64,000 nucleotides of DNA, from NCBI GenBank assembly GCA_963674695.2, contig CAXXGI010000002.1, positions 192,001 through 256,000 on the forward strand. Direction: 5' to 3'. Positions within the stretch are counted from its first letter, which is position 1; the number at the start of each line of letters is the position of its first letter. Shown here one piece after another: positions 9,990 through 19,877 of this stretch. This stretch comes from a bacterium (GTDB taxonomy: Bacteria > UBA10199 > 2-02-FULL-44-16 > JAAZCA01). The notes under the pieces are model-generated. The model did not search any database, was not told the DNA's origin, and was given only the letters and a program-made list of their open reading frames with translations. A program made the translations under genes and the position numbers.

Positions 9990-10161
9990 TATTGACCTCC
10001 TTTTCCATTTGTGTTTATATTGCGCGAACTTACGCGGCGAACGAATGTTTCAGAAATAGGTTCGACGTCCTGACAGAGGGGCGCGCTAACCAAACCTTTT
10101 TTTTGCCTTCCCGGCCTCTCTCCATTACAATTCGCAGATTCCGACATGGGGAGGATTGACG

Positions 10162-10554
10162 ATGAAACAGATCCTGACGCTTCTCATCTTGACCACTATT
10201 CTCGGAGGCTTTGGTGCACGTTCTGCCCTTGCCCATGCCCCTGAATCGATCCATGCGGGGTATGATTTCCCGCGACAGGAGCTGATGGTCTCGGTGCAGC
10301 ACATCGTGACCAAGCCCGATGAGCATTTCGTCCAGAAGATCGCGGTGCGCAAGAACGGGAAGGATGTCGATGCGCGCACCTATACGTTTCAGACGAGTCG
10401 GCGCAACCAGACGACGATTCCGTTCAAGATTCCTGCTGTCGTCGGGGATACCTTTCAGATGCAAGCGATCTGCAATAAGGGGGGCGAGGTGACCGAGACG
10501 ATCACCGTGACCGAGAAGGCGATGCCGTTCGGCGATCAACCGCAGGCGCGATAA
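10162..10554 (+). CDS. Small secreted protein, loosely desulfoferrodoxin-like
   Basis: Signal peptide ending ALA|HAP; His residues (HAP, QHIV, DEHFV) and ICNKGG. Confidence 0.55.
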   Translation: MKQILTLLILTTILGGFGARSALAHAPESIHAGYDFPRQELMVSVQHIVTKPDEHFVQKIAVRKNGKDVDARTYTFQTSRRNQTTIPFKIPAVVGDTFQMQAICNKGGEVTETITVTEKAMPFGDQPQAR

Positions 10555-10574
10555 AGGTTGTCATCCTCATAGGT

Positions 10575-10644
10575 TGTCATCCCCGCGAAGGCGGGGATCT
10601 CGCTTTAAGAGGAAATCGAGATCCCCGCCTTCGCGGGGATGACA
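10575..10644. repeat. REP-like doublet (TGTCAT-CCCCGCGAAGGCGGGGATC ... ATGACA)
   Basis: Near-perfect inverted pair, with partial extra ends at ~10559 and ~10655-10666. Confidence 0.85.
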
Positions 10645-10997
10645 AAAAACATGTGCGGGGATGACAAAAGCAGGATTCTTCAGCAGTCTGTTTCTGCATT
10701 TTTTTTCGACGCGTCATGTCTTTCGGCAGGGCGCGTTATTTTTTCTCCGCCCCACGAGCGACCGTTTATTCCGCGCGCCTCCCCTTCAACGCGATGCGTA
10801 AAATATGACGCAATATCAATAAGTTATCGCTTGTCCTGCCCATGGCTCCTTCGGTAAAATGGCCCTCGATTGAACGAATACGTCGAACGGCACAAGAATG
10901 ACCGACGAAGGGGGCCGCCTGCGCGCAAGGCATCCTCCGGTCGGAACCACACGTGGGCGGAACACATTTTTGCCGCCCCCATGGCAAGGAGGAGAGA

Positions 10998-11183
10998 ATG
11001 AATATGGTAACCGTTGGTGCAGTGCTGCTTCTGCTCGGTGGAATCATCAACACGATCCCTGCAGTCGGAAAAGGACTGGCCGGCATCTTCGACGGCACAC
11101 CGGTGGTTCAGATCGCACTCGGCGTTGTCTCGTTGGTGGTCGGAATCATGATGATCGTCAAGCATCGCCAGCTCGCGAGTTAG
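10998..11183 (+). CDS. Small two-TM membrane protein
   Basis: AAGGAGG RBS; 61 aa with two hydrophobic helices; followed by a terminator. Confidence 0.65.
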   Translation: MNMVTVGAVLLLLGGIINTIPAVGKGLAGIFDGTPVVQIALGVVSLVVGIMMIVKHRQLAS

Positions 11184-11204
11184 ATGCGAATGAATGGATA
11201 CATG

Positions 11205-11237
11205 AAAAAGCCCCGGTCCTTTTGGATCGGGGCTTTT
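11205..11237. terminator. Bidirectional intrinsic terminator
   Basis: aaaaagccccggtcc-tttt-ggatcggggctttt between convergent genes. Confidence 0.7.
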
Positions 11238-11254
11238 GTCTGTGGCTTCTCACG

Positions 11255-12970
11255 TTAGAAGAGAAGGATGGCGGAGAGGCGCATCAGCCAGCCGATATTG
11301 GCCTTGTCCCTCGGAATCGGTTCGACGATGGAGCCGGGATCGAAGAGCTGCACATCAACGTCGTAGGCACGCCCCGGAATGATGATGCCGCCCTGCAGGG
11401 CAGTGTAGAAGTTTTTGAAGAGCATCGCTTCTGCCGAGATATCGACCTCAACGCCATACCAGCGCTTCCAGATGGAGTTGGCTGTGTCGGTGAGCGCCGG
11501 CCAGTTTCCGGGCTGTGGGATGAGATCCTGGAAGTTGATGTTGGTAATCTTGCGCGGCGCCCAGGCGGTGGTGACCTGTCCTCCGACGCTGATCCAGTCG
11601 GCGAAGCCTGTCTTGAACGTGAACTTGTGCTTATACCCAGCCGAGAAATAGAGCGCGTTGTTGATGTAGTTTCCGGTGACGGGCATTCCTCCGGCGAGGT
11701 ATTCCGTGCCGCCACTGCCGCCGGCCTTCTGACCATAGAGCGAGGGCGTCGTACCCAGCGGCATATGGAACATCATGAGAGCGATCTGATAGTCCGGCCG
11801 AAAACCGAGCTGCGAGATCTTGTTCGACAGCGGCGCTTTGTCGCCGGGCGCATATCCCGCCTTGAGATTCCACGCGCCACCGAATTTATATTCCGCCTTC
11901 GCTTCAAAGGCGGCTTCGAAGACCTGCATGCTCTGGTTGCGCGGGAGCTGAATGATGCCCTCGCCAGCGCCCAGGCCGGAGAAGGGAATCGCATCGAGGG
12001 CGAGCCCTGTGGAGACCTTCCCCCCGAGGTAGAGGCCTTCGATCTCAAACGTGTAGTTCTCCCACTGATAGCGGGCATAGAGGTCGGCGAAGTAGAGCAT
12101 CGTGTCGCCGTCGATTCCGGCGGCGACTTCATTTCCGAGCGCGTCGGTGACCGTCATCGTCGTGGCGCCATCCGGTCCGTTGCGACGGCGCAGGCCCCCG
12201 AAGACGCCGGCGGTGACGGAGGGCTGTTCATAGAGGAAGAGCGCGGCATATTGCTGCGTGTCACGACCGTTGGAGGCGGGGGCGGTGGTAAGTCCATCGA
12301 TGCGCGGGTCGACCTGCGCTTCAAAAGCGATGTCCCAGAGCAGCCCGCCGGTGATCGACCCTTCGCCCTCGAGGGAATACTGCAGCAGATACATGATGCG
12401 ATCGGCGGTGTCGCCGAAATCGCCCTGCAGTTCGTTGCCGTCGTTCTGAAAGATGCCCAATCCCCAGTTCGAGGGCATGCGTCCGAAACGAAACTGACCG
12501 ACGGGCGTGAAGACCTCGGCCCAGATACGCCGAACGTTGATCGCGCCGTTTTCGCCCACGGTATTCGGGCCGGTCATATAGAAGGAGCCCGCACCGGGTG
12601 GCAGCGTCTGCGGACCGACGACCGGAGCGATGATGTTGAGTTCGCGCGTTTCGCGGGAGCCGAACAACACGTTGTCGAGGATGTCGAACGTCCCGTGGAT
12701 GGCGAGGTTGTTGCCGATCTTGAGGTTCGGATCGATGCGCAACCGCATCTGATTGTAGGAGATGAATCCGAAGCGATTATTGTTTCCAGCGGAGGCCGGA
12801 ACGTTGCGGCTCTTTTGCAGGTCGAGATCCTGCGTGCCGACGACGCGGTTACGAAAGTAGCCATGAACAGAGAAATCGACAGCCGCCGCTTCGCCGGCGA
12901 GGGCGAATGCGAGCAGGAGTGCAAAAGCCGAGAGAAAGATGCGGATTGATCGATGATGAAGCGCGTTCAT
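11255..12970 (-). CDS. Outer-membrane beta-barrel protein (myxobacterial porin-like)
   Basis: Signal peptide; HGYFRNR, GRMPSNWGLGI...DTADR; amphipathic strands; C-terminal Phe. Confidence 0.7.
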   Translation of the reverse strand: MNALHHRSIRIFLSAFALLLAFALAGEAAAVDFSVHGYFRNRVVGTQDLDLQKSRNVPASAGNNNRFGFISYNQMRLRIDPNLKIGNNLAIHGTFDILDNVLFGSRETRELNIIAPVVGPQTLPPGAGSFYMTGPNTVGENGAINVRRIWAEVFTPVGQFRFGRMPSNWGLGIFQNDGNELQGDFGDTADRIMYLLQYSLEGEGSITGGLLWDIAFEAQVDPRIDGLTTAPASNGRDTQQYAALFLYEQPSVTAGVFGGLRRRNGPDGATTMTVTDALGNEVAAGIDGDTMLYFADLYARYQWENYTFEIEGLYLGGKVSTGLALDAIPFSGLGAGEGIIQLPRNQSMQVFEAAFEAKAEYKFGGAWNLKAGYAPGDKAPLSNKISQLGFRPDYQIALMMFHMPLGTTPSLYGQKAGGSGGTEYLAGGMPVTGNYINNALYFSAGYKHKFTFKTGFADWISVGGQVTTAWAPRKITNINFQDLIPQPGNWPALTDTANSIWKRWYGVEVDISAEAMLFKNFYTALQGGIIIPGRAYDVDVQLFDPGSIVEPIPRDKANIGWLMRLSAILLF

Positions 12971-13053
12971 GCTCCCCCAAAAAGTTGTCGCATAATACCA
13001 TGCATTTTTTCCAAAGGTCAATGAATCCGAGCGCGTAGCAATGTATCGGAGAT

Positions 13054-13085
13054 AAAAAAACGGCCCGAGTTGCCTCGGGCCGTTT
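13054..13085 (-). terminator. Intrinsic terminator after groEL
   Basis: cggcccgag/ctcgggccg stem plus a U7 tract on the minus strand. Confidence 0.8.
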
Positions 13086-13116
13086 CGTTGGTGTTGCTGT
13101 GGGTAAGGCCGACAGA

Positions 13117-14793
<1,677 letters not shown>

Positions 14794-14812
14794 TTATTGG
14801 TTTCAGGTTCGT

Positions 14813-15112
14813 TTATTTCTCGAGAATGCCGAGAATGTCGTCTTCGCGCATGATGGTGTATTCGTCGCCTTCGAGTTTGACCTCGGTGCCCGAATACTTC
14901 GAGAAGAGCACGTGGTCGCCGACCTTCACGTCCAACGTATGGGTCTGGCCGTTGTCGAGCACCTTGCCATTGCCCACGGCGATGACTTCACCTTCCTGGG
15001 GCTTTTCTTTGGCCGAGTCCGGGATGATGATTCCGCCCTTGGTCATGTCCTCTTCGGTGAGGCGCTTGACCAGGATGCGATCCTGCAGGGGTCTGATCTT
15101 CGGCTTTGACAT
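14813..15112 (-). CDS. groES: Co-chaperonin GroES
   Basis: [10 protein letters not shown]...[13 protein letters not shown]. Confidence 0.99.
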   Translation of the reverse strand: MSKPKIRPLQDRILVKRLTEEDMTKGGIIIPDSAKEKPQEGEVIAVGNGKVLDNGQTHTLDVKVGDHVLFSKYSGTEVKLEGDEYTIMREDDILGILEK

Positions 15113-15148
15113 ATCATTTCCTCCTTTTGGTTGTTGGTGCGTCTGTTG

Positions 15149-15175
15149 TTAGCACTCTTTCAGTGAGAGTGCTAA
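15149..15175. promoter_or_regulatory. CIRCE element (HrcA operator)
   Basis: Exact TTAGCACTC-N9-GAGTGCTAA upstream of groES; TTGACT -35 at 15221-15216 on the minus strand. Confidence 0.97.
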
Positions 15176-15302
15176 CTCCGTTTCGTTGGGGACCATATAA
15201 TGCTGAATCCTCCAGAGTCAAGGGCTGTCCCCTCTTTTTTCGGGAAAAATATATCATTATAGATCAACAAGTTGTGCTGTTTTGGTCTTACTCAGAACGG
15301 TT

Positions 15303-15374
15303 TGTCATCCTCCGGCTTGACCGGAGGATCCCGAAAAAACCATCGGGATTGCCCGATCAAGTCGGGCAATGACA
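15303..15374. repeat. REP-like doublet (CTTGACCG-loop subfamily)
   Basis: tgtcatcctccggcttgaccggaggatc...gattgcccgatcaagtcgggcaatgaca. Confidence 0.8.
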
Positions 15375-15451
15375 GGATTGGGACGCTGTGTCACGCTCGT
15401 TGACGCCCTGCGTATTGGCCTTTGTCGAAAAATCCGTATGGTTCCGGACAC

Positions 15452-16453
15452 ATGAGACATTACCTCCCCATCAGATCCGTCGCTTCGACCCTCTTCGTGG
15501 TCGCCCTGCTCTTCATCCTCTCGGCCTGCGAGGGGGTGGGCCAGGCCCCGACCTACGATGGTTTCTCCGATGCGGGTGCCCCCGGCGACGGCCCCTCGCC
15601 CTCGGTCTCGGATCGGTTGGCGGGCGAGGTCGGCGTGAAGCGCATCGTCTATCATGTGGGGCCGGTCGATCTGCCCGCGGGGACCTCGGCGCAGGTCATG
15701 TTGGAAAAGCCGCTGAATATGCGCTTTCAGACCGACGAGTCGCTCTGGGTCACCGGGTTTTCCCCGCGCGTGGTCGACGCCAACGGGGGCGAGCTCTCGC
15801 CGAAGCTTTTGCACCACGCCATCATGTCGAATATGCACGAAGAGAATCCGCTCTGTTCGGATGCGGGTGGTGGCAATCCCTTCTTCATCGCCACGTCCCT
15901 CCTCACCGAGGTGGAACTGCCGCAGGGATTTGGCTATGCGATTCTCCCCACCGACCCGATCGAAGCGAGCGTGGTCCTGGCCAATCCGACCGAAGAGAGC
16001 TTCATCGATGTCTACTTCGAGGTGGAGCTGATCGCCCGGCCGATGAATGAATTTACGCAGCTGCGCGATGTGCAGCCGTTGCTCGTCGAACTCGATCCCT
16101 GCGGCCATGGATCCATGGAGGTCGAGCCGGGCGCCTTCGTCGAACGCAAGGCGACCTACGGCGTGCCGGATGCGGGCGAACTCGTCTTTGCCCAGGGGGT
16201 GTTGCAGGACTTTGGCAGCGCGGTCGAGCTGACCACGGGTTCCGAGGTGATGCCCTTCTGGCGCGCCGAGGCCGAGCTCGATGAGGGGCATGCGATCGAA
16301 GAACTCCTGAATGATCCCTTCAGCGACGCGAGCGGCGTGGCGCTCAAAGAGAATGAAACGCTCACCGTCGGCATCGCCTACGACAACTTCTCCGAATCAT
16401 GGCTCAAAGGCGCGAGCGCGGGAGCCATGGTCTATATCGCTCCGAGATCGTGA
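15452..16453 (+). CDS. Lipoprotein, possibly PHM/PNGase-F-like beta-sandwich
   Basis: Lipobox ILSAC; LLHHAIM motif reminiscent of the copper type II monooxygenase N-domain. Confidence 0.55.
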   Translation: MRHYLPIRSVASTLFVVALLFILSACEGVGQAPTYDGFSDAGAPGDGPSPSVSDRLAGEVGVKRIVYHVGPVDLPAGTSAQVMLEKPLNMRFQTDESLWVTGFSPRVVDANGGELSPKLLHHAIMSNMHEENPLCSDAGGGNPFFIATSLLTEVELPQGFGYAILPTDPIEASVVLANPTEESFIDVYFEVELIARPMNEFTQLRDVQPLLVELDPCGHGSMEVEPGAFVERKATYGVPDAGELVFAQGVLQDFGSAVELTTGSEVMPFWRAEAELDEGHAIEELLNDPFSDASGVALKENETLTVGIAYDNFSESWLKGASAGAMVYIAPRS

Positions 16454-16467
16454 GAGAGCTGGACTTG

Positions 16468-16510
16468 TGAGATCGCTCAATAGCGTGATCGTGAGATGGC
16501 TCAATCGTGA
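16468..16510. repeat. Solo array of the 8-mer repeat found around the four-helix-bundle gene
   Basis: gtgagatcgctcaatagcgtgatcgtgagatggctcaatcgtga matches 47912-47951. Confidence 0.65.
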
Positions 16511-16520
16511 AAGCGTGGGG

Positions 16521-16602
16521 TGTCATTGCGAGGAGCTTGAGCGACGTGGCAATCTCGCTTGAAACCGGCTCAATCGAGATGGCTTCGCTCGCGCTCGCAA
16601 TG
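16521..16602. repeat. REP-like element (GTCATTGCGAG...GCAATCTC subfamily), degenerate right end
   Basis: tgtcattgcgaggagc...gtggcaatctc...gagatggcttcgc...ctcgcaatg. Confidence 0.7.
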
Positions 16603-16607
16603 GGCGC

Positions 16608-17552
16608 TCATTTTTTCTCGTACTGTGCGGCTTCCTTTGGTCTTCCCATCAGATTGTATCCCATCACGAGCAGCTTCTTGGTGAACGGCGTCGTCTTCGG
16701 CTGCCGTTTTAAGAGCTCCACCATATCGTAGCGCAGGCCAAACTGAAAATAGAGCTGCGCGACGAGGAGGTCTCTGCCCTCTGCTGAAAGGTTCAGCGCC
16801 TGGACCTTGGCGATATCGGCATCGAGTTTCTTCTCATCGGCTGCGGAGAGCGTGGCGAATTCGAAGCGCAGCGATTTGCCCATGATGCCACCATTGCGCG
16901 AGGCGAAGTACCAACTGTACGTCCCGCCTTTGGAGAGTTTTGCCCGCTGGGTGTTCACCGAGAGTTGCGTCGCCCCCTCCTCGATCGGAAAGATAGCGAG
17001 GCGTTTCTTGTTCGCATCGTCGATGACGATCACGGGGTTTGCCCAGTTGATTTTGGGAGCAGCATCCCAGCGAAAGAGGACGGAGCTGCTGAGGCGGATG
17101 ACCGTGCCGGTCGGTGCGATGGCATTCACCCCCAGAAGACCGGAGGCCATGAGCGATTGACCGCGTGCGCCGCCGCCCTTTGCCTCGCGTACCATCGCAT
17201 GCACGGTGGGGCCGTCTCCCTTCGCGGCCATTTCGCGCAGCGCCATCCCGATGCCTTCGCCGAGGTCGGTCTTCTTTGCCTTCGCAGATTTGGCACCGAC
17301 GGTGAAGCTTCCTCCGGCATCGATCTGGCTGATCGTTCCCGATGCATCCATCACCGCGGCCGAGGCGTTTGCGCCAACAGCGACGGTCGTGCCGACAGCC
17401 AGCTCCTGGCCGACGACTCCCGATTTGGTTTTTCCATCGGGGGTCTTCACCGTGACGGCACCCTTGGCGTCGACGAGCACGGCAGAAGCAAACGCCGGCG
17501 CGGCGATCACGATCATGAGCAGTGCGATGATGAGCGATGATGCGACTTTCAT
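16608..17552 (-). CDS. Secreted FecR-like/DUF928-like protein
   Basis: Signal peptide; FecR-like N-terminal strands (KGAVTV...GQELAVGTTVAVGANASA); Ig-like middle; helical tail. Downstream of the CHASE2 cyclase. Confidence 0.55.
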   Translation of the reverse strand: MKVASSLIIALLMIVIAAPAFASAVLVDAKGAVTVKTPDGKTKSGVVGQELAVGTTVAVGANASAAVMDASGTISQIDAGGSFTVGAKSAKAKKTDLGEGIGMALREMAAKGDGPTVHAMVREAKGGGARGQSLMASGLLGVNAIAPTGTVIRLSSSVLFRWDAAPKINWANPVIVIDDANKKRLAIFPIEEGATQLSVNTQRAKLSKGGTYSWYFASRNGGIMGKSLRFEFATLSAADEKKLDADIAKVQALNLSAEGRDLLVAQLYFQFGLRYDMVELLKRQPKTTPFTKKLLVMGYNLMGRPKEAAQYEKK

Positions 17553-17569
17553 AATGATCTCCTTTGCGT

Positions 17570-17658
17570 TGTCATCCCGACCGAGTGAAACGAGTGGAGG
17601 GATCTCACGTGTATCAAGAGATTCCTCGATTCGGTCTTCGACCTCACTCGGAATGACA
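17570..17658. repeat. REP-like element (GTCATCCCGACCGAG subfamily)
   Basis: tgtcatcccgaccgag...gagggatctc...gagattcctcg...ctcggaatgaca. Confidence 0.75.
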
Positions 17659-17666
17659 GCATGTGT

Positions 17667-19715
17667 TCACTTTCCCATCAAATCCGTCACCAGATCCCAA
17701 TTCGGTTCCGTTCTCGCGCGTTCGATGCGCGCCAAGAGCGAGCGCGATGGTCCATCGTTGGGAAAACGATTGAGCAGCTCAGCGATGATGCGGTGCGCGT
17801 CGTCGAACTTTCGTGCCGTGAAGTCTGCAAACGCCTCGTGGTAAGGGGTGATGAACCCCCGCTCCCGCTCCGGATCCATGTCGCTGCGCAGTCCCATGAT
17901 CTCGAAGATGCGAATCGGTTCGCGTTTGCCCTTCACGCGGATGCAATCGAGCGGTCGCGAGATGACCTCGTCGCCGAGCGCCTGCATCGTCGCCTCGCTC
18001 GCCATGAGGGTCGTGTCATAGAACTTGTTCGCGCCCTCGAGACGGCTGGCCAGGTTGATCGTGTCGCCGATGGCGGTATAGTCGAAGCGTCCCTCCGAAC
18101 CCATGTTGCCCACGACGGCACTTCCTGTGTTGATGCCGATGCGTGTGACGATCGCACGCCCGCAGCGCTCCTGCCAACGCTCGGTCACCTCTGTTTCGAT
18201 GCGCTGCATGGCGATGGCGGCGTGCACGGCACAGCGTTCATGATCGGCGACATCAAGCGGCGCATTGAAGAACGCGATGATCGCGTCCCCCTCATATTTG
18301 TCAATCGTTGCGCCCTGTGCCAGCAATGCTTCGTTCATGCATCCGAGATAGTCGTTGAGAAAGGCGACGAGGGTCTCCGGATCGAGGCGCTCCGAGATCG
18401 TCGTGAAGGACGCGATGTCGCTAAAGAGGCTCGTCACCCGTCGCTTTTCGCCGCCGAGCTTCACCAGCTCCGGGTGCGCCGTCATGCGATCGACGATTGT
18501 CGGCGGCACGTATCGCGCGAAGACCCCCTTGATGAAGCGCTTCTGTTTTCCCTCGGTCAGCGCGCGCAGTCCCAGCCCGCTGCCGAAGGCACTCGCCAGT
18601 CCTGTCATCGGCGCGATGATCGGCAGCACGATGCCGAAACGAAACGCCGCGATCGCTGAACCCGCGATGGCGCAACCGAACAGGAGCGCACATCCCGAGG
18701 TTCCCCACGGGGAGAGGCGCGCGGCGATGAAGGCCATCACGACGATCCCAAGCGCGATACAGATCCACACCTGAAGCCGCGTCGGGGCGAAGAAAAACTG
18801 TTGGGTCAAAAGGCTCGAGAGGATGTTGGCGTGAATCTCCACGCCGTTCATCCGCGCATAGTCGGTGGATGGCGAATAGTACGGCGTGAGAAAGGCGTCC
18901 TTCAGGTCCGTGTAGCTCGCGCCCACGAGGACGATCTTGTCTTCGAGCCATGCGGTCGGAATCAGTCCCCTGTGCACGAGTGCGGCAGAATAGATCTTAT
19001 AGGCGTTGTCAGCTCCCCCCACGACCCCCGGTGGTCCGGCAAACCGGATGAGGATCTGTTCGTTCGGAGCGACAAACGGCGTGAGGGCGAGCGGCCCGAG
19101 ATGCGGGCGAAGCGCCTCCTCCGAGATCGTCGCGAGCGCGCTCATTCCCGTCGCGGCGTGATAGAGTTCAGCGGCAAAGGAGGGGAAGGTGCCCTGCTCG
19201 GTCTCGATGCGCACCTGTGCGCGGCGCACGGTGGAATCGAACGGGTCGAAGGGGAGGTCGGCCAGCCCCGTGCCCGCAAGCGCCTCGAGAAAGAGCGGGT
19301 CCGGCGCATCGGCGCTGCCATCGGCACGGCGCGGGAAGACGCCGTAGGCGGGTGTGCCGGAAAGCGCTGCGACGAGCATCTGATCGTCCTTCGGAAAGCT
19401 CGCCCCCTTGAAGAAGATGTCGTAGCCGACCAGTTTCGGTTTCGCGGCCATGATGCGTTCATGGAGCTGAGCGAGAAAATTGCGCGGGATCGGTGTGCGA
19501 TAGGGGAGTGCCGCCATCGTCGCTTCGTCGAGCCAGATCATGACGATCGCATCGCTCGCGCGTGTTTCAGGAGGGAAGGCGAGCATGCGTACATCGAAGG
19601 TGGTGGCCTCGAGATCCTGCATCGCCTTGAGCTGCGAGAGTCCAAGGGTCAATGCGAGCGCCACGACCGTGACGGCGAGTGTGCGAAAGATCGTGTTTCG
19701 ATGGGTTCGCTGCAT
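17667..19715 (-). CDS. CHASE2-domain class III adenylate/guanylate cyclase
   Basis: CHASE2 (DKIVLVG, MNGVEIHAN); 3 TMs; FSDIASFT, DKYEGD and IGDTINLASRLE motifs. Confidence 0.93.
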   Translation of the reverse strand: MQRTHRNTIFRTLAVTVVALALTLGLSQLKAMQDLEATTFDVRMLAFPPETRASDAIVMIWLDEATMAALPYRTPIPRNFLAQLHERIMAAKPKLVGYDIFFKGASFPKDDQMLVAALSGTPAYGVFPRRADGSADAPDPLFLEALAGTGLADLPFDPFDSTVRRAQVRIETEQGTFPSFAAELYHAATGMSALATISEEALRPHLGPLALTPFVAPNEQILIRFAGPPGVVGGADNAYKIYSAALVHRGLIPTAWLEDKIVLVGASYTDLKDAFLTPYYSPSTDYARMNGVEIHANILSSLLTQQFFFAPTRLQVWICIALGIVVMAFIAARLSPWGTSGCALLFGCAIAGSAIAAFRFGIVLPIIAPMTGLASAFGSGLGLRALTEGKQKRFIKGVFARYVPPTIVDRMTAHPELVKLGGEKRRVTSLFSDIASFTTISERLDPETLVAFLNDYLGCMNEALLAQGATIDKYEGDAIIAFFNAPLDVADHERCAVHAAIAMQRIETEVTERWQERCGRAIVTRIGINTGSAVVGNMGSEGRFDYTAIGDTINLASRLEGANKFYDTTLMASEATMQALGDEVISRPLDCIRVKGKREPIRIFEIMGLRSDMDPERERGFITPYHEAFADFTARKFDDAHRIIAELLNRFPNDGPSRSLLARIERARTEPNWDLVTDLMGK

Positions 19716-19793
19716 CGGGCGGATTCTAGGGAAAAGGGTGCAAGGTGTAAACGGTTCAAAAAAAACAGCCGGTGCTTTCCGGTGTTCGTGAGC

Positions 19794-19866
19794 GTCATTC
19801 TGAGTGAAACGAAGAATCCCCTGCAAACCGTGTCTACAGGGGATTCTTCGTTTCACTCAGAATGAC
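19794..19866. repeat. REP-like doublet (GTCATTCTGAGTGAAACGAAGAATC subfamily)
   Basis: Perfect inverted arms gtcattctgagtgaaacgaagaatcccctg / caggggattcttcgtttcactcagaatgac. Confidence 0.85.
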
Positions 19867-19877
19867 AGGCTCATGTC

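Larger units (their letters stand above)
1..10100 (-). mobile_element. Prophage (or remnant) head/packaging segment, continuing beyond the left edge
   Basis: Co-oriented minus-strand methylase, TerS-like, portal, protease, decoration and capsid genes. Visibly lower GC than the sequence after ~10.15 kb. Confidence 0.85.

Noticed and set aside
10575-10666. Possible CRISPR array in the REP clusters
   Set aside because: Repeats are inverted doublets without regular unique spacers; no cas genes in the window.
10860-10875. Sigma54-like TGGCCC...TTGA (also cgggcc...ttgc at ~60470)
   Set aside because: -24/-12 spacing is one base short of the required GG-N10-GC.
10898-12949. 683-aa + strand ORF (and similar long ORFs at 13579, 25484, 41524, 45922, 56428, 60530)
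   Set aside because: Antisense shadows of well-supported genes in high-GC DNA; no recognisable motifs.
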